Source: Clostridia bacterium (GTDB lineage Bacteria; Bacillota; Clostridia; Christensenellales; Aristaeellaceae). Taken from it: a stretch of 48,230 bases of DNA. Shown in pieces: positions 24,881 to 33,263 of the stretch. The stretch's first letter is position 1, and each line of letters begins with the position of its first letter. The position numbers and the translations under genes were made by a program. The notes below the pieces were generated by a model. The model was not told the DNA's origin, made no database searches, and was given only the letters and a program-made list of their open reading frames with translations. Where the stretch lies: contig JAFSBN010000169.1 in the NCBI GenBank assembly GCA_017437265.1, positions 1-48,230 on the forward strand. Reading direction: 5' to 3'.

Positions 24881-26512
24881 ATGGAAAATCTTGTGAATAT
24901 TTTCCTGGCGCTGCAAGCGCCTGTGGCCATGCTGTTTGTTTCCCGGCAGCTGATGCACTATTTCCAGCTGGAAAGCTATCAGTTCCAGGGTTATTTCCGC
25001 ACCCTGTGGCGGCAGAAGAAAAAGGTGATTGTGCCGCTTTTGCTTTTGACGGCGGTGCATATTGCGGCGTATCTGGTATCCACCTATTTCATTTATCAGA
25101 CACATGATATCCGCACGGAAAACCCGGAAATCAAGCGGATCCTTTATGCCGGCATTTCCTTCCTGCTGGTGGCGGCAATGGGCTTTTTGCTGCGCCGTCA
25201 GGCAAAAAGTGCCCCGGCCAAGAAGCCTTTTGTGGTCACCAGCCGGGTGAAGCGGCTGTATGCGGTGCACCTGATTGTGGTGGTGGGCATCGGGCTGTTG
25301 ATCGGCTTTGCGCAGATGAATCTGCCGCTTTTGCTTTTGTATTTCTTTTATCCACTGCTGCTGCCCTTGGTGGTGGCGCTGTCTGCCGTGCTGGCTCTGC
25401 CCATCGAGAAGATGATTTTCCGGATGTATTTTAAGGATGCGGAAAAGAAGCTGCTTCAAAACAAGTGGCTCATCCGCATCGGCATTACCGGCAGCTACGG
25501 CAAAACCAGCACCAAATTTGTGCTGAACACCATTCTTTCTCAAAAGTATAATGTGCTGTGTACGCCGGCCTCCTTCAATACCCCCATGGGTGTGACCAGG
25601 ATCGTCAGGGAGCGGCTGCAGCCCTCCCATCAGGTGTTCATTGGCGAAATGGGCGCCCGCCATGTGGGGGAAATCAAGGAGCTTTGCAATCTGGTGCACC
25701 CTGAAATCGGCATTCTGACGGCGGTGGGGCCCCAGCATCTGGACACCTTCCGCACCATTGAACGCATTGAAAAAACCAAGTATGAACTGATTGAAGCACT
25801 GCCGGAAGACAGCTATGCCGTGTTTTTGAACGATGACGGCATCGTAACACGGCTGTATGAAAAGACGGAAAAGCCCAAGTGTCTGGTGGGCAGGGAAGGC
25901 AGCGAAGTGTGGGCGGAGGATGTGCAGGTATCTGCCACCGGCTCCTCTTTCATGCTGTGCTTTAAGGATGGCGAAAAAATCCCCTGCGAAACAAGGCTGC
26001 TTGGCGAACATAATATTCTCAATATTCTCACCGCTGCCGCTGTGGCAAAATATCTGAAGCTGACCGGTGATCAGATTGCCAGGGGCATTGCCGCCCTGCA
26101 GCCTGTGGAGCATCGGCTGCAGCTGCTCAAATCTGCCGGCGGCGTTACCGTGATCGACGATGCCTTCAACACAAACCCCCGTTCCGCCAAGAAGGCATTG
26201 GATGTATTGAAAGCCTTCCCCGGCCGGCGCATCATCGTTACCCCCGGTATGGTGGAGTTGGGTGCGGAGGAAGAAAAGTATAACGAAGAATTCGGCAGCT
26301 ATATGGCCGATTGCGTGGATATTGCGGTGCTGGTGGGCAAAAAGCATACGGCCCCCATTGTGAAGGGCTTGCAGGAAAAGGGCTTTAAGGCAGAGAATAT
26401 CCATGTGGTTTCTTCTTTGGATGAAGCCATTCGCCTGAACCAGACCATGCTGCGCTCCGGCGACGTGGTGATGTATGAAAACGATCTGCCCGATCATTAC
26501 AGTGAGGGCTGA
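24881..26512 (+). CDS. Mur ligase family protein (MurF-like central and C-terminal domains) with a ~190-aa polytopic N-terminal membrane domain
   Basis: About 5 hydrophobic segments, then the ITGSYGKTSTK P-loop, GEMGARHVGEI, DDAFNTNP and TPGMVELG. Confidence 0.8.
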   Translation: MENLVNIFLALQAPVAMLFVSRQLMHYFQLESYQFQGYFRTLWRQKKKVIVPLLLLTAVHIAAYLVSTYFIYQTHDIRTENPEIKRILYAGISFLLVAAMGFLLRRQAKSAPAKKPFVVTSRVKRLYAVHLIVVVGIGLLIGFAQMNLPLLLLYFFYPLLLPLVVALSAVLALPIEKMIFRMYFKDAEKKLLQNKWLIRIGITGSYGKTSTKFVLNTILSQKYNVLCTPASFNTPMGVTRIVRERLQPSHQVFIGEMGARHVGEIKELCNLVHPEIGILTAVGPQHLDTFRTIERIEKTKYELIEALPEDSYAVFLNDDGIVTRLYEKTEKPKCLVGREGSEVWAEDVQVSATGSSFMLCFKDGEKIPCETRLLGEHNILNILTAAAVAKYLKLTGDQIARGIAALQPVEHRLQLLKSAGGVTVIDDAFNTNPRSAKKALDVLKAFPGRRIIVTPGMVELGAEEEKYNEEFGSYMADCVDIAVLVGKKHTAPIVKGLQEKGFKAENIHVVSSLDEAIRLNQTMLRSGDVVMYENDLPDHYSEG

Positions 26513-26526
26513 GGGGAGTAAGAACA

Positions 26527-27747
26527 ATGAGCAAAATTCAGCTGGGCGTCATTTACGGCAGCCGCACCTGCGAACACGAAGTATCCATCATCAGTGCAGT
26601 ACAGTTGATGAAAAATGCCGATCCCGAAAAATATGACGTGATCCCGATTTATGTGAGCCAGAAGGGCGAATGGTTTACCGGCAGTGCGCTGCTGGATATG
26701 AAAACCTATACCCCTTTTGATCCTTTCAGCAAGGGTATCATTCCCGTCCGGCTGGATATGACCGCCGGCAGCGGTGCCCTGATCCGCTTTGTGCCCCCCA
26801 AGGGATTATTTGGCGGCGGCAAAGAAGAAGTGGTGGCACGGCTGGATGTGGTGATTCCGGTGCTCCATGGCATGCACGGGGAAGACGGCTCCGTGCAGGG
26901 GATGCTGGAACTTTCGGATATTCCTTATGCTTCCAGCGGCATTACGGCTTCTGCCGTGGGCATGGATAAGATCACCATGAAGCGTTTCTTCCGGGGCATG
27001 GGCTATCCCATTTTACCCGATTGCGCCGTGACCCGCGCCCAGTGGGAACAGGATAAAAACGCCGTGATGGATACCATCGAAAAGGCGCTGCCGTATCCGG
27101 TGTTCACCAAGCCTGCGTATCTGGGCTCCTCCATCGGCGTCAGCCGGGCCGGGGACAGAAAAGAGCTGGAAGAAGCACTGGAACTGGCTTTCTCTTATGA
27201 CCGGCGGGTGCTGGTGGAAGAAGGACTGGATATGCCCATCGAGGTGAACTGCTCTGTGCTGGGCTTTGATGGGGATGTGAAGGCCAGCGTGCTGGAAATG
27301 CCCAACACCGGCTCTGCTTTCCTGGATTTTTCCGAAAAATATCTGGCTGGTACCGGCAGCAAGGGTATGGCCAGCCTCAAGCGCATCGTGCCTGCCCCCA
27401 TCGGCGATGAACTGACAAAGGAACTGCAGCAGCTGTCCTGCCGCATTTTCAGCGATATGGATTGCAAGGGCGTGGTGCGTATCGACTATATGCTGGACCG
27501 CCACAGCGACCATTACTACATCACCGAAATCAACACCATCCCCGGCAGCCTTGCCTTCTATCTGTGGGCAGAGACGGGGCTGAAGTATCCGCAGCTGATT
27601 GATGAAATGGTCAAGTGCGCCATCAAGGCTCACGAAGAAAAGCACAAGAACAATTTTGCCTTCACTTCCGATATCCTTTCCGGCGTGACCCTTGGCGGTA
27701 CCAAGGAAAGCAAGCTGGGCGGTGTGAAGGGCGGCAAGCTGGGCTGA
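26527..27747 (+). CDS. ddl: D-alanine--D-alanine ligase (long form with a Gly/Lys-rich C-terminal tail)
   Basis: SCEHEVS-like CEHEVSI, HGxxGEDG, and EINTIPG ATP-grasp motifs. Confidence 0.92.
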   Translation: MSKIQLGVIYGSRTCEHEVSIISAVQLMKNADPEKYDVIPIYVSQKGEWFTGSALLDMKTYTPFDPFSKGIIPVRLDMTAGSGALIRFVPPKGLFGGGKEEVVARLDVVIPVLHGMHGEDGSVQGMLELSDIPYASSGITASAVGMDKITMKRFFRGMGYPILPDCAVTRAQWEQDKNAVMDTIEKALPYPVFTKPAYLGSSIGVSRAGDRKELEEALELAFSYDRRVLVEEGLDMPIEVNCSVLGFDGDVKASVLEMPNTGSAFLDFSEKYLAGTGSKGMASLKRIVPAPIGDELTKELQQLSCRIFSDMDCKGVVRIDYMLDRHSDHYYITEINTIPGSLAFYLWAETGLKYPQLIDEMVKCAIKAHEEKHKNNFAFTSDILSGVTLGGTKESKLGGVKGGKLG

Positions 27748-27769
27748 TAAAACAGGAGAGAACAGGAAA

Positions 27770-28181
27770 CAGGGGCTTTCGCAGCCCCTGAAACCCTGCG
27801 GCAGGGGTGTCACCCCTGCACCCGATCTGCGATGGAGAAGTTTTATCACTCTCAGTTTATTCCGCATGTTACATGACCTGCGGAAAAAAGCGATACCACG
27901 GGCTAAATGAAAACGAGAAAACGCCGTGGGAGAAAGTGAACTTTCTCCCACGGCGTTTATCACGTTTTCACCGGATGCCAAGGCATCCGGTTGTCGGCAG
28001 AATGCCGCCTCAGCCCGTGCGCTGATATTAGTCCAGGCTACATAAGAAAACCGGTTTACGAAAAGAATTGCTGCATCTTTTGTGGAAACAGCGGAAGAAT
28101 GTCAGAAGTATAAAGCAAGGCCTGTCCGCTGCTGGGTCCAGGGATGAAATCCCTGGTGGGGTGAAGGGGTGAAACCCCTCA
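27770..28181. repeat. Copy B of the ~413-nt structured intergenic element
   Basis: Same block order, orientation and length (412 nt) as 2415-2827. Fills the ddl-ldt gap. Confidence 0.8.
27908..27969. terminator. Bidirectional terminator-like hairpin embedded in repeat copy B
   Basis: CGCCGTGGGAGAAAG (27922-27936) / CTTTCTCCCACGGCG (27941-27955), a perfect 15-bp stem. A-rich 5' flank and TTTATCACGTTTTC 3' flank. Confidence 0.55.
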
Positions 28182-28211
28182 TATTGTTCAGGTACATAAA
28201 AGGAGAAACGA

Positions 28212-29249
28212 ATGAAAAGAATGATTGTGATGCTGCTGGCGCTTTGCATGTTGCCGGTATGCAGCCTGGGCGAAGGGGCATATACGCCTTCCCGGGAAGC
28301 GGTATGCCATCATGAAAACTGTTTCTGGACGACAGAAATGGATGTGGCAGACGAAGAGAAAATGTGGCAAATGCTGCAGTCGCCGGTAACGGTGCTGGAC
28401 GGCAACCAGAAGAGCCAGTATATGCTGCGGGCAGAGCCGGATAAGAATGCCGAAGCGGTGGGGGAAATCACCTGCGCCTCTCAGAGCGTGCACGTACTGG
28501 AAACGCTGGATAACGGCTGGAGCAAAGTGGAATGCTATTCCAGCTCCTTCCACGACAGCAAGACGGAAAAATGGAATGCACTGGTGCAGGGCTATGTGGA
28601 AACGGAAAAGCTGAAAACGGTGGTTCCCCATGAATATATGGGCCTGATTGTGGACAAGCTGACCCAGCGGCTGTATGTGTTTGTGGAAGGAAAATTGTTC
28701 AGCACGCTGAAAATTTCCACCGGCCTGCCCAACGAACGCCAGCCCTACAACGAAACCAGAAGCGGCGAGTTTCTTTTTGTCAGTGCGGTGGGGGATTTCA
28801 AAAGCGACAATCTGACCTGCGAAAAGGGCATCCGGTTCAACTTTGGTGATCTGATCCACACCGTGCCCCATACAGGCAGCGGCGATAGCAAGAATTACGA
28901 ATCCTTCGAAAAACTGCTGGGGGAAAGGGCCAGCCACGGCTGCATCCGTGTGCAGAGAAAGCGCACTCCGGAAGGCGTGAACATGACCTGGATCTGGAAT
29001 CATTATAAGAAAAACACAAAAATCGTTATCTGGGAAGACTGGGAAGGCAGAACAGTTCCCGAAACACCCATGGAGACCCCGGTTTTCTACAATGAATCCG
29101 GCGGCAGGAATTACCACAGCCAGGAAACCTGCTATGGCGTGAACAAAGATAAATGGCCCCTGACGGAAATCACCTATGCCGATCTGTTTATCGAAGCCTA
29201 TCAGAAGCTGACCCCCTGCGCCTATTGCGCACCGCCGGAGAAAGAATAA
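28212..29249 (+). CDS. L,D-transpeptidase (YkuD domain) with signal peptide and SH3-like domain
   Basis: SHGCIRV catalytic motif, N-terminal hydrophobic signal, AAAGGAG RBS. Confidence 0.85.
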   Translation: MKRMIVMLLALCMLPVCSLGEGAYTPSREAVCHHENCFWTTEMDVADEEKMWQMLQSPVTVLDGNQKSQYMLRAEPDKNAEAVGEITCASQSVHVLETLDNGWSKVECYSSSFHDSKTEKWNALVQGYVETEKLKTVVPHEYMGLIVDKLTQRLYVFVEGKLFSTLKISTGLPNERQPYNETRSGEFLFVSAVGDFKSDNLTCEKGIRFNFGDLIHTVPHTGSGDSKNYESFEKLLGERASHGCIRVQRKRTPEGVNMTWIWNHYKKNTKIVIWEDWEGRTVPETPMETPVFYNESGGRNYHSQETCYGVNKDKWPLTEITYADLFIEAYQKLTPCAYCAPPEKE

Positions 29250-29260
29250 AAATGAATATG

Positions 29261-29300
29261 AAAAACCCTGCTTGCCAAACGGTAAGCAGGGCGTTTTTTG
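29261..29300. terminator. Bidirectional terminator between ldt and metQ
   Basis: AAAAA-CCCTGCTT (29266-29273) ... AAGCAGGG (29284-29291)-CGTTTTTTG. Confidence 0.7.
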
Positions 29301-29310
29301 TTGCGAAAAA

Positions 29311-30150
29311 TTACTTGACGGTGAAGGTGGGGGCGAAGCCGGCTTCCACAATCAGGTCATACACCTTCTGGGTGTAGATCACTTCTTCCAGAGCCTTTAC
29401 CCATTCAGCGTCAGCATTTTCGGGCTTGACAACCACGATGTTCACATAAGCCTTGGCAGCTTCACTGTCAGCAGCTTCCACATACAGGCCGTCCTTGTTG
29501 GGGATCAGGTCCACCAGGGTGGCGTTGTTGCCGTTGATGACGGCATAGGCCACGTCGGCGCGGGCGCCGGGGATCAGTTCGGCGTTCAGTTCCACGATGT
29601 TCAGGTTGTAGGGATTTTCCACGATATCCAGGGGGGTGCAGGTGCTTTCCAGGGTGGTGCCTTCGGGCAGCTTGATCAGGCCGGCATTCTGGAGCAGCAG
29701 CAGGGCGCGGTTCTCGTTCACGGGGTCATTGGGCACGGCGATCTTGTCACCATCGGCGATGGCGGTCAGATCGGTCTTGGTGCCGGCATAGATGGCCATG
29801 GGTTCGAAGTGGGTTTCGATAACGGAAACCAGCTGATCCTTTTCTTCCACGCTGGCGTTATACTGGGCCAGGTAGGGGATGTGCTGGAAGAAGTTAGCCA
29901 TTACGTCACCGGCGGCGGTGGCGGGATTTTCCACCACATAGTCGCTGACAATCTGCAGTTCCAGTTCGTAGCCCAGCTTAGCCAGGTCTTCCTTCACCAG
30001 TTCCAGCACTTCGGCATGGGGATTGGGGGTGGCGATCATGGTAAGCTTCTGAGCCTTTTCCTTGTTACCGCCCAGGGTGAGAACCAGCACCACGGCGATG
30101 ATGGCAACCAGAACGATGGCAGCCAGGGCAATCCATGTCTTTTTCTTCAT
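29311..30150 (-). CDS. metQ: Methionine ABC transporter substrate-binding protein (MetQ/NlpA family)
   Basis: NlpA-family body (ATPNPHAE..FFQHIPYL). ATG 30150 is preferred over GTG 30159. The N-terminal anchor has no lipobox Cys. Confidence 0.88.
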   Translation of the reverse strand: MKKKTWIALAAIVLVAIIAVVLVLTLGGNKEKAQKLTMIATPNPHAEVLELVKEDLAKLGYELELQIVSDYVVENPATAAGDVMANFFQHIPYLAQYNASVEEKDQLVSVIETHFEPMAIYAGTKTDLTAIADGDKIAVPNDPVNENRALLLLQNAGLIKLPEGTTLESTCTPLDIVENPYNLNIVELNAELIPGARADVAYAVINGNNATLVDLIPNKDGLYVEAADSEAAKAYVNIVVVKPENADAEWVKALEEVIYTQKVYDLIVEAGFAPTFTVK

Positions 30151-30168
30151 GATGTACACCTTTCTTTC

Positions 30169-30831
30169 TTAGCGTTTTTTATGATCAAGGGCACGGGTGA
30201 GCCGTGTACCCAAGACTGTGATGATTTGTACAATGGCAACCAGCACCATGCTGGCAGAGAACATCACCCGGTAATCACTCAGGTTCAGGCCCTTGGTGAT
30301 GGCCAGGGCACCCAGGCCGCCGCCGCCGGCAGCGCTGGCCATGGCGGTGTATGCCAGGATGGTGGTGATGGAAATGGCGGCGCCGTTGATGAGGGAAGGA
30401 ACGGCTTCCGGCAGCAGCACTTTGGAAATGATCTGCCAGTTGGTGGAGCCCATGGACTGGGCAGCTTCAATGATGCCGTGGTCCACTTCGTCCAGGGAAC
30501 CTTCCACCATTCTGGCGATATAGGGGAAGGCGCTGATCACCAGGGGGAAGATGATGGCGTTGGTGCCGATGGCGGTGCCGACGATGGCACGGGTGACCGG
30601 GAAGAGCAGCGCCAGCATGATGATGAAGGGGATGGAGCGCAGGAAATTGATCACGGCGCCCAGGACGGCGTTAAAGGTGGGGGCAGGGCAGATGCTGGAT
30701 TTTCGGGTGATCACAAGCAATACGCCCAGGGGCAGGCCGATGATGTAGGCAATGAGGCTGCTGGTCAGGGTCATGTACAAGGTTTCCAGGGCATTGCTCC
30801 ACAAAAGGGGCAAAAGCTTTTCCCAGCTCAC
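30169..30831 (-). CDS. metI: Methionine ABC transporter permease
   Basis: 220 aa, 5 TM segments, EAAQSMG EAA loop. Confidence 0.9.
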   Translation of the reverse strand: MSWEKLLPLLWSNALETLYMTLTSSLIAYIIGLPLGVLLVITRKSSICPAPTFNAVLGAVINFLRSIPFIIMLALLFPVTRAIVGTAIGTNAIIFPLVISAFPYIARMVEGSLDEVDHGIIEAAQSMGSTNWQIISKVLLPEAVPSLINGAAISITTILAYTAMASAAGGGGLGALAITKGLNLSDYRVMFSASMVLVAIVQIITVLGTRLTRALDHKKR

Positions 30832-31835
30832 GAAGCATGCACCTCCTCAACCGTCAGTCCTTCTTTGCGCAGATATTCCAGAATGCGCTTTACGTCCACC
30901 GGGTCTTCCGGCCGGGCGATCATCATCTGGCCGTAGCTTTTGCCGTTCAGCTGGCGGATATCGGCGGAGAGGATGTTTACATCCATGTCCATATCCTTGA
31001 TCAGTTTGCTGATCATGGGCTGGCCGGCGGCATTGGCGTCAAACACGATGCGGATAGCGGATTGCCGGGGAATTTCTTCCTGTTCCGGCAAAATGCCGAA
31101 CAGCCTGCGGCCGGCGGCAGATTTGGTGTGCATGAACACATCGTCCACCGTGCCTTCTTCCACCATTTTACCGCCGTCCAGAATGGCCACCTTGTTGCAG
31201 ATCTGGCGGATAACTGCCATTTCATGGGTGATGAGCACCACGGTGATGCCCATATCCCGATTGATTTCCTGCAAAAGGGCCAGGATGGACTGGGTGGTCA
31301 TGGGGTCCAGGGCGGAGGTGGCTTCGTCGCAAAGGAGCACGTCCGGGTCGCTGGCCAGGGCCCTTGCAATGGCCACACGCTGCTTCTGCCCGCCGGACAG
31401 CTGGGCAGGATAGGCATTGGCCTTTTCTTCCAGGCCCACAATGCGAAGCAGCTCCATCACCCGCTTGTTGGCCTTTTCTTCATCCACACCGGCAATTTCC
31501 AAAGGATAGCGCACGTTCCGGGCCACCGTCTTTTGCATGAGCAGGTTAAACTGCTGAAAGATCATGGCGGTGCGCCGCCGGGTTTGCAAAAGCTCCTTCT
31601 GGCTCATGGCCAGCACGTTTTTGCCGCCGATGAGCACCTGGCCTTCGGTGGGGGTATCCAGCTTGTTGATGCAGCGGATGAGGGTGGATTTACCGGCACC
31701 GCTCATACCGATGATGCCGTAAATCTGTCCCCGTTCGATGGAAAGATTGATGCCGTTTAAGGCCACCACTTCGCCGCCGGGCACCTGATACACTTTTTTC
31801 AGATCCTTGATCTGAATGATGGGCTGTTCAGACAC
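30828..31835 (-). CDS. metN: Methionine ABC transporter ATP-binding protein
   Basis: Walker A GMSGAGKST, LSGGQKQR, and a C-terminal NIL domain. GTG 31835 has AAAGGAAGG 8 nt upstream (the track ORF opens at GTG 31859). Confidence 0.9.
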   Translation of the reverse strand: MSEQPIIQIKDLKKVYQVPGGEVVALNGINLSIERGQIYGIIGMSGAGKSTLIRCINKLDTPTEGQVLIGGKNVLAMSQKELLQTRRRTAMIFQQFNLLMQKTVARNVRYPLEIAGVDEEKANKRVMELLRIVGLEEKANAYPAQLSGGQKQRVAIARALASDPDVLLCDEATSALDPMTTQSILALLQEINRDMGITVVLITHEMAVIRQICNKVAILDGGKMVEEGTVDDVFMHTKSAAGRRLFGILPEQEEIPRQSAIRIVFDANAAGQPMISKLIKDMDMDVNILSADIRQLNGKSYGQMMIARPEDPVDVKRILEYLRKEGLTVEEVHAS

Positions 31836-31865
31836 GGAAGAAACCTTCCTTTCGTACACTGTAGG

Positions 31866-32033
31866 ATGGAAAAAGCCCGCTTACGCACCATTTGCGAAGC
31901 GGGCCTTGGAAACACGAATGTATTTCAAGCGGCGCAGCACAAATCAGTGCAGGGAATGGCCCGCACGCATGAACATTCGCATAGTGCCTTTCTTCATGAA
32001 TGGAGCCCCCTTTCCAATGCTTTGCCAAATGAA
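31866..32033 (-). promoter_or_regulatory. metNIQ 5' leader with terminator/antiterminator (riboswitch-like, class unassigned)
   Basis: On the minus strand, terminator GCCCGCTTCGCA..TGCGtAAGCGGGC+TTTTT (31870-31905). Upstream GCGGGCC is complementary to the terminator's left arm GGCCCGC. Nested helices TTGGAAA/TTTCCAA and CGAATG/CATTCG enclose ~110 nt. Confidence 0.5.
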
Positions 32034-32040
32034 TATATGT

Positions 32041-32069
32041 ATTATAGCGGATGAGGTATGCTTTGTCAA
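32041..32069 (-). promoter_or_regulatory. Consensus sigma-A promoter of metNIQ
   Basis: On the minus strand: TTGACA (32069-32064), 17-nt spacer, TATAAT (32046-32041). Confidence 0.6.
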
Positions 32070-32076
32070 CCCTGGA

Positions 32077-33126
32077 TCACTTTTCCACGGAGAAAGCGTA
32101 GATGGTGGTGGACTGGAAGGTGTCACCGGCTTTCAGGGGGGTGGTGGGGAATTCGGGATGGTTGGGGCTGTCGGGATAGTGCTGGGTTTCCAGGGCGATG
32201 CCGGCGTAGTTGCCATAGTGGGCGCCGCCGTGGCCGATGAGGTCCATGCTGTTGGCGGTGTAGATCTGCATGGCGGGCTCGGTGGTTTTGACGGTCATGA
32301 CCCGGCCGGTCTCTTCGTCCTTCACAACGGCAGCGGTGCGCAGGCCTTCGCCGCGGATGACGAAGTTGGTGTCGTAGCCGGCAACAGCCTTCATCAGGGG
32401 GCATTCGTCCATTTTTGCCAGCCGGTTGCCGATATAATCGCCTTCCCGCAGATCAAAGAGGGTGCCGTCCACGGGCAGCAGCTCGCCGGTGGGGATGAGG
32501 CCCTCATCCACGTTGGTGATATAGTCGCTGTTCACCTGAACAAACAGGCCTTTGATGTCGGGCTTGGCGGAGATATTGAAGTAGGAATGGTTGGTAAGAT
32601 TAATGACGGTGTCCTGATCGCACTGGGCCATGTAGCGGATGGTGAGGGCGTTGTTTTCGTCAAAGGCATAGGTGATCTGCACCTTCATGGTACCGGGGAA
32701 GCCTTCTTCGCCGTCGTGGGAAACGTAGGTGAAGATCACGGCGTCTTCGTGTTCGCTTTCCAGCATCTGGCCCTTCCACCATTTCTTGTCAAAACCTTCC
32801 CGGCCGCCGTGGAGGGTGTTTTCACCGTCGTTTTTGAAAAGGGTGTAGGTTTTGCCGTTCAGGGTGAACTTGGCACCGCCGATGCGGTTGGCATACCGGC
32901 CCACGGAAGCACCCAGGAAGCCGGATTTTTCGTCGTATTCCTGATAGGTGTCAAAGCCCAGGTTCACTTCCTGCAGGTTACCGTTTTTATCGGGCACGAT
33001 GATGGAAACCAGCGTGGCACCGAAATCCAGCACGGACACGGAAGCACCGTTTTTGTTTTTCATGGTGTAGAGGGTCATGTTGCGGCCAATCAGGTCCACG
33101 CCGTAAGATTTGGTGGTAATGCTCAT
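32077..33126 (-). CDS. galM: Aldose 1-epimerase (galactose mutarotase)
   Basis: VGRYANRI, NTLHGG and GIALETQ motifs. Confidence 0.9.
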   Translation of the reverse strand: MSITTKSYGVDLIGRNMTLYTMKNKNGASVSVLDFGATLVSIIVPDKNGNLQEVNLGFDTYQEYDEKSGFLGASVGRYANRIGGAKFTLNGKTYTLFKNDGENTLHGGREGFDKKWWKGQMLESEHEDAVIFTYVSHDGEEGFPGTMKVQITYAFDENNALTIRYMAQCDQDTVINLTNHSYFNISAKPDIKGLFVQVNSDYITNVDEGLIPTGELLPVDGTLFDLREGDYIGNRLAKMDECPLMKAVAGYDTNFVIRGEGLRTAAVVKDEETGRVMTVKTTEPAMQIYTANSMDLIGHGGAHYGNYAGIALETQHYPDSPNHPEFPTTPLKAGDTFQSTTIYAFSVEK

Positions 33127-33263
33127 AGAAGAAAAACCTCCCGATTGTTAAAATTCAGATTATTTTTATTATACAATAATTCCTGAAGAAAGAAAAGAAT
33201 AAAAAAGCAAAAACATGGAAAAATACCTGTAGAAATGATGCTATACAGGGAGGAAAGAAGCGT

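Noticed and set aside
2415-28181. The two direct repeats as boundaries of a 25-kb composite transposon or genomic island.
   Set aside because: The interior contains essential housekeeping genes (scpAB, plsX, acpP, rnc, smc, ftsY, ddl). The repeats are only about 55-65% identical. No transposase or integrase is present.
31866-32033. Assigning the metN leader to SAM-I (S-box) or to a Met T-box. An AUG-A in a loop and UGGUGCG near the terminator looked tempting.
   Set aside because: The S-box core sequences and the GGUGGUACCGCG T-box are absent. The UGG lies in the terminator loop. The leader (~200 nt) lacks Stem I features. The class is left unassigned.
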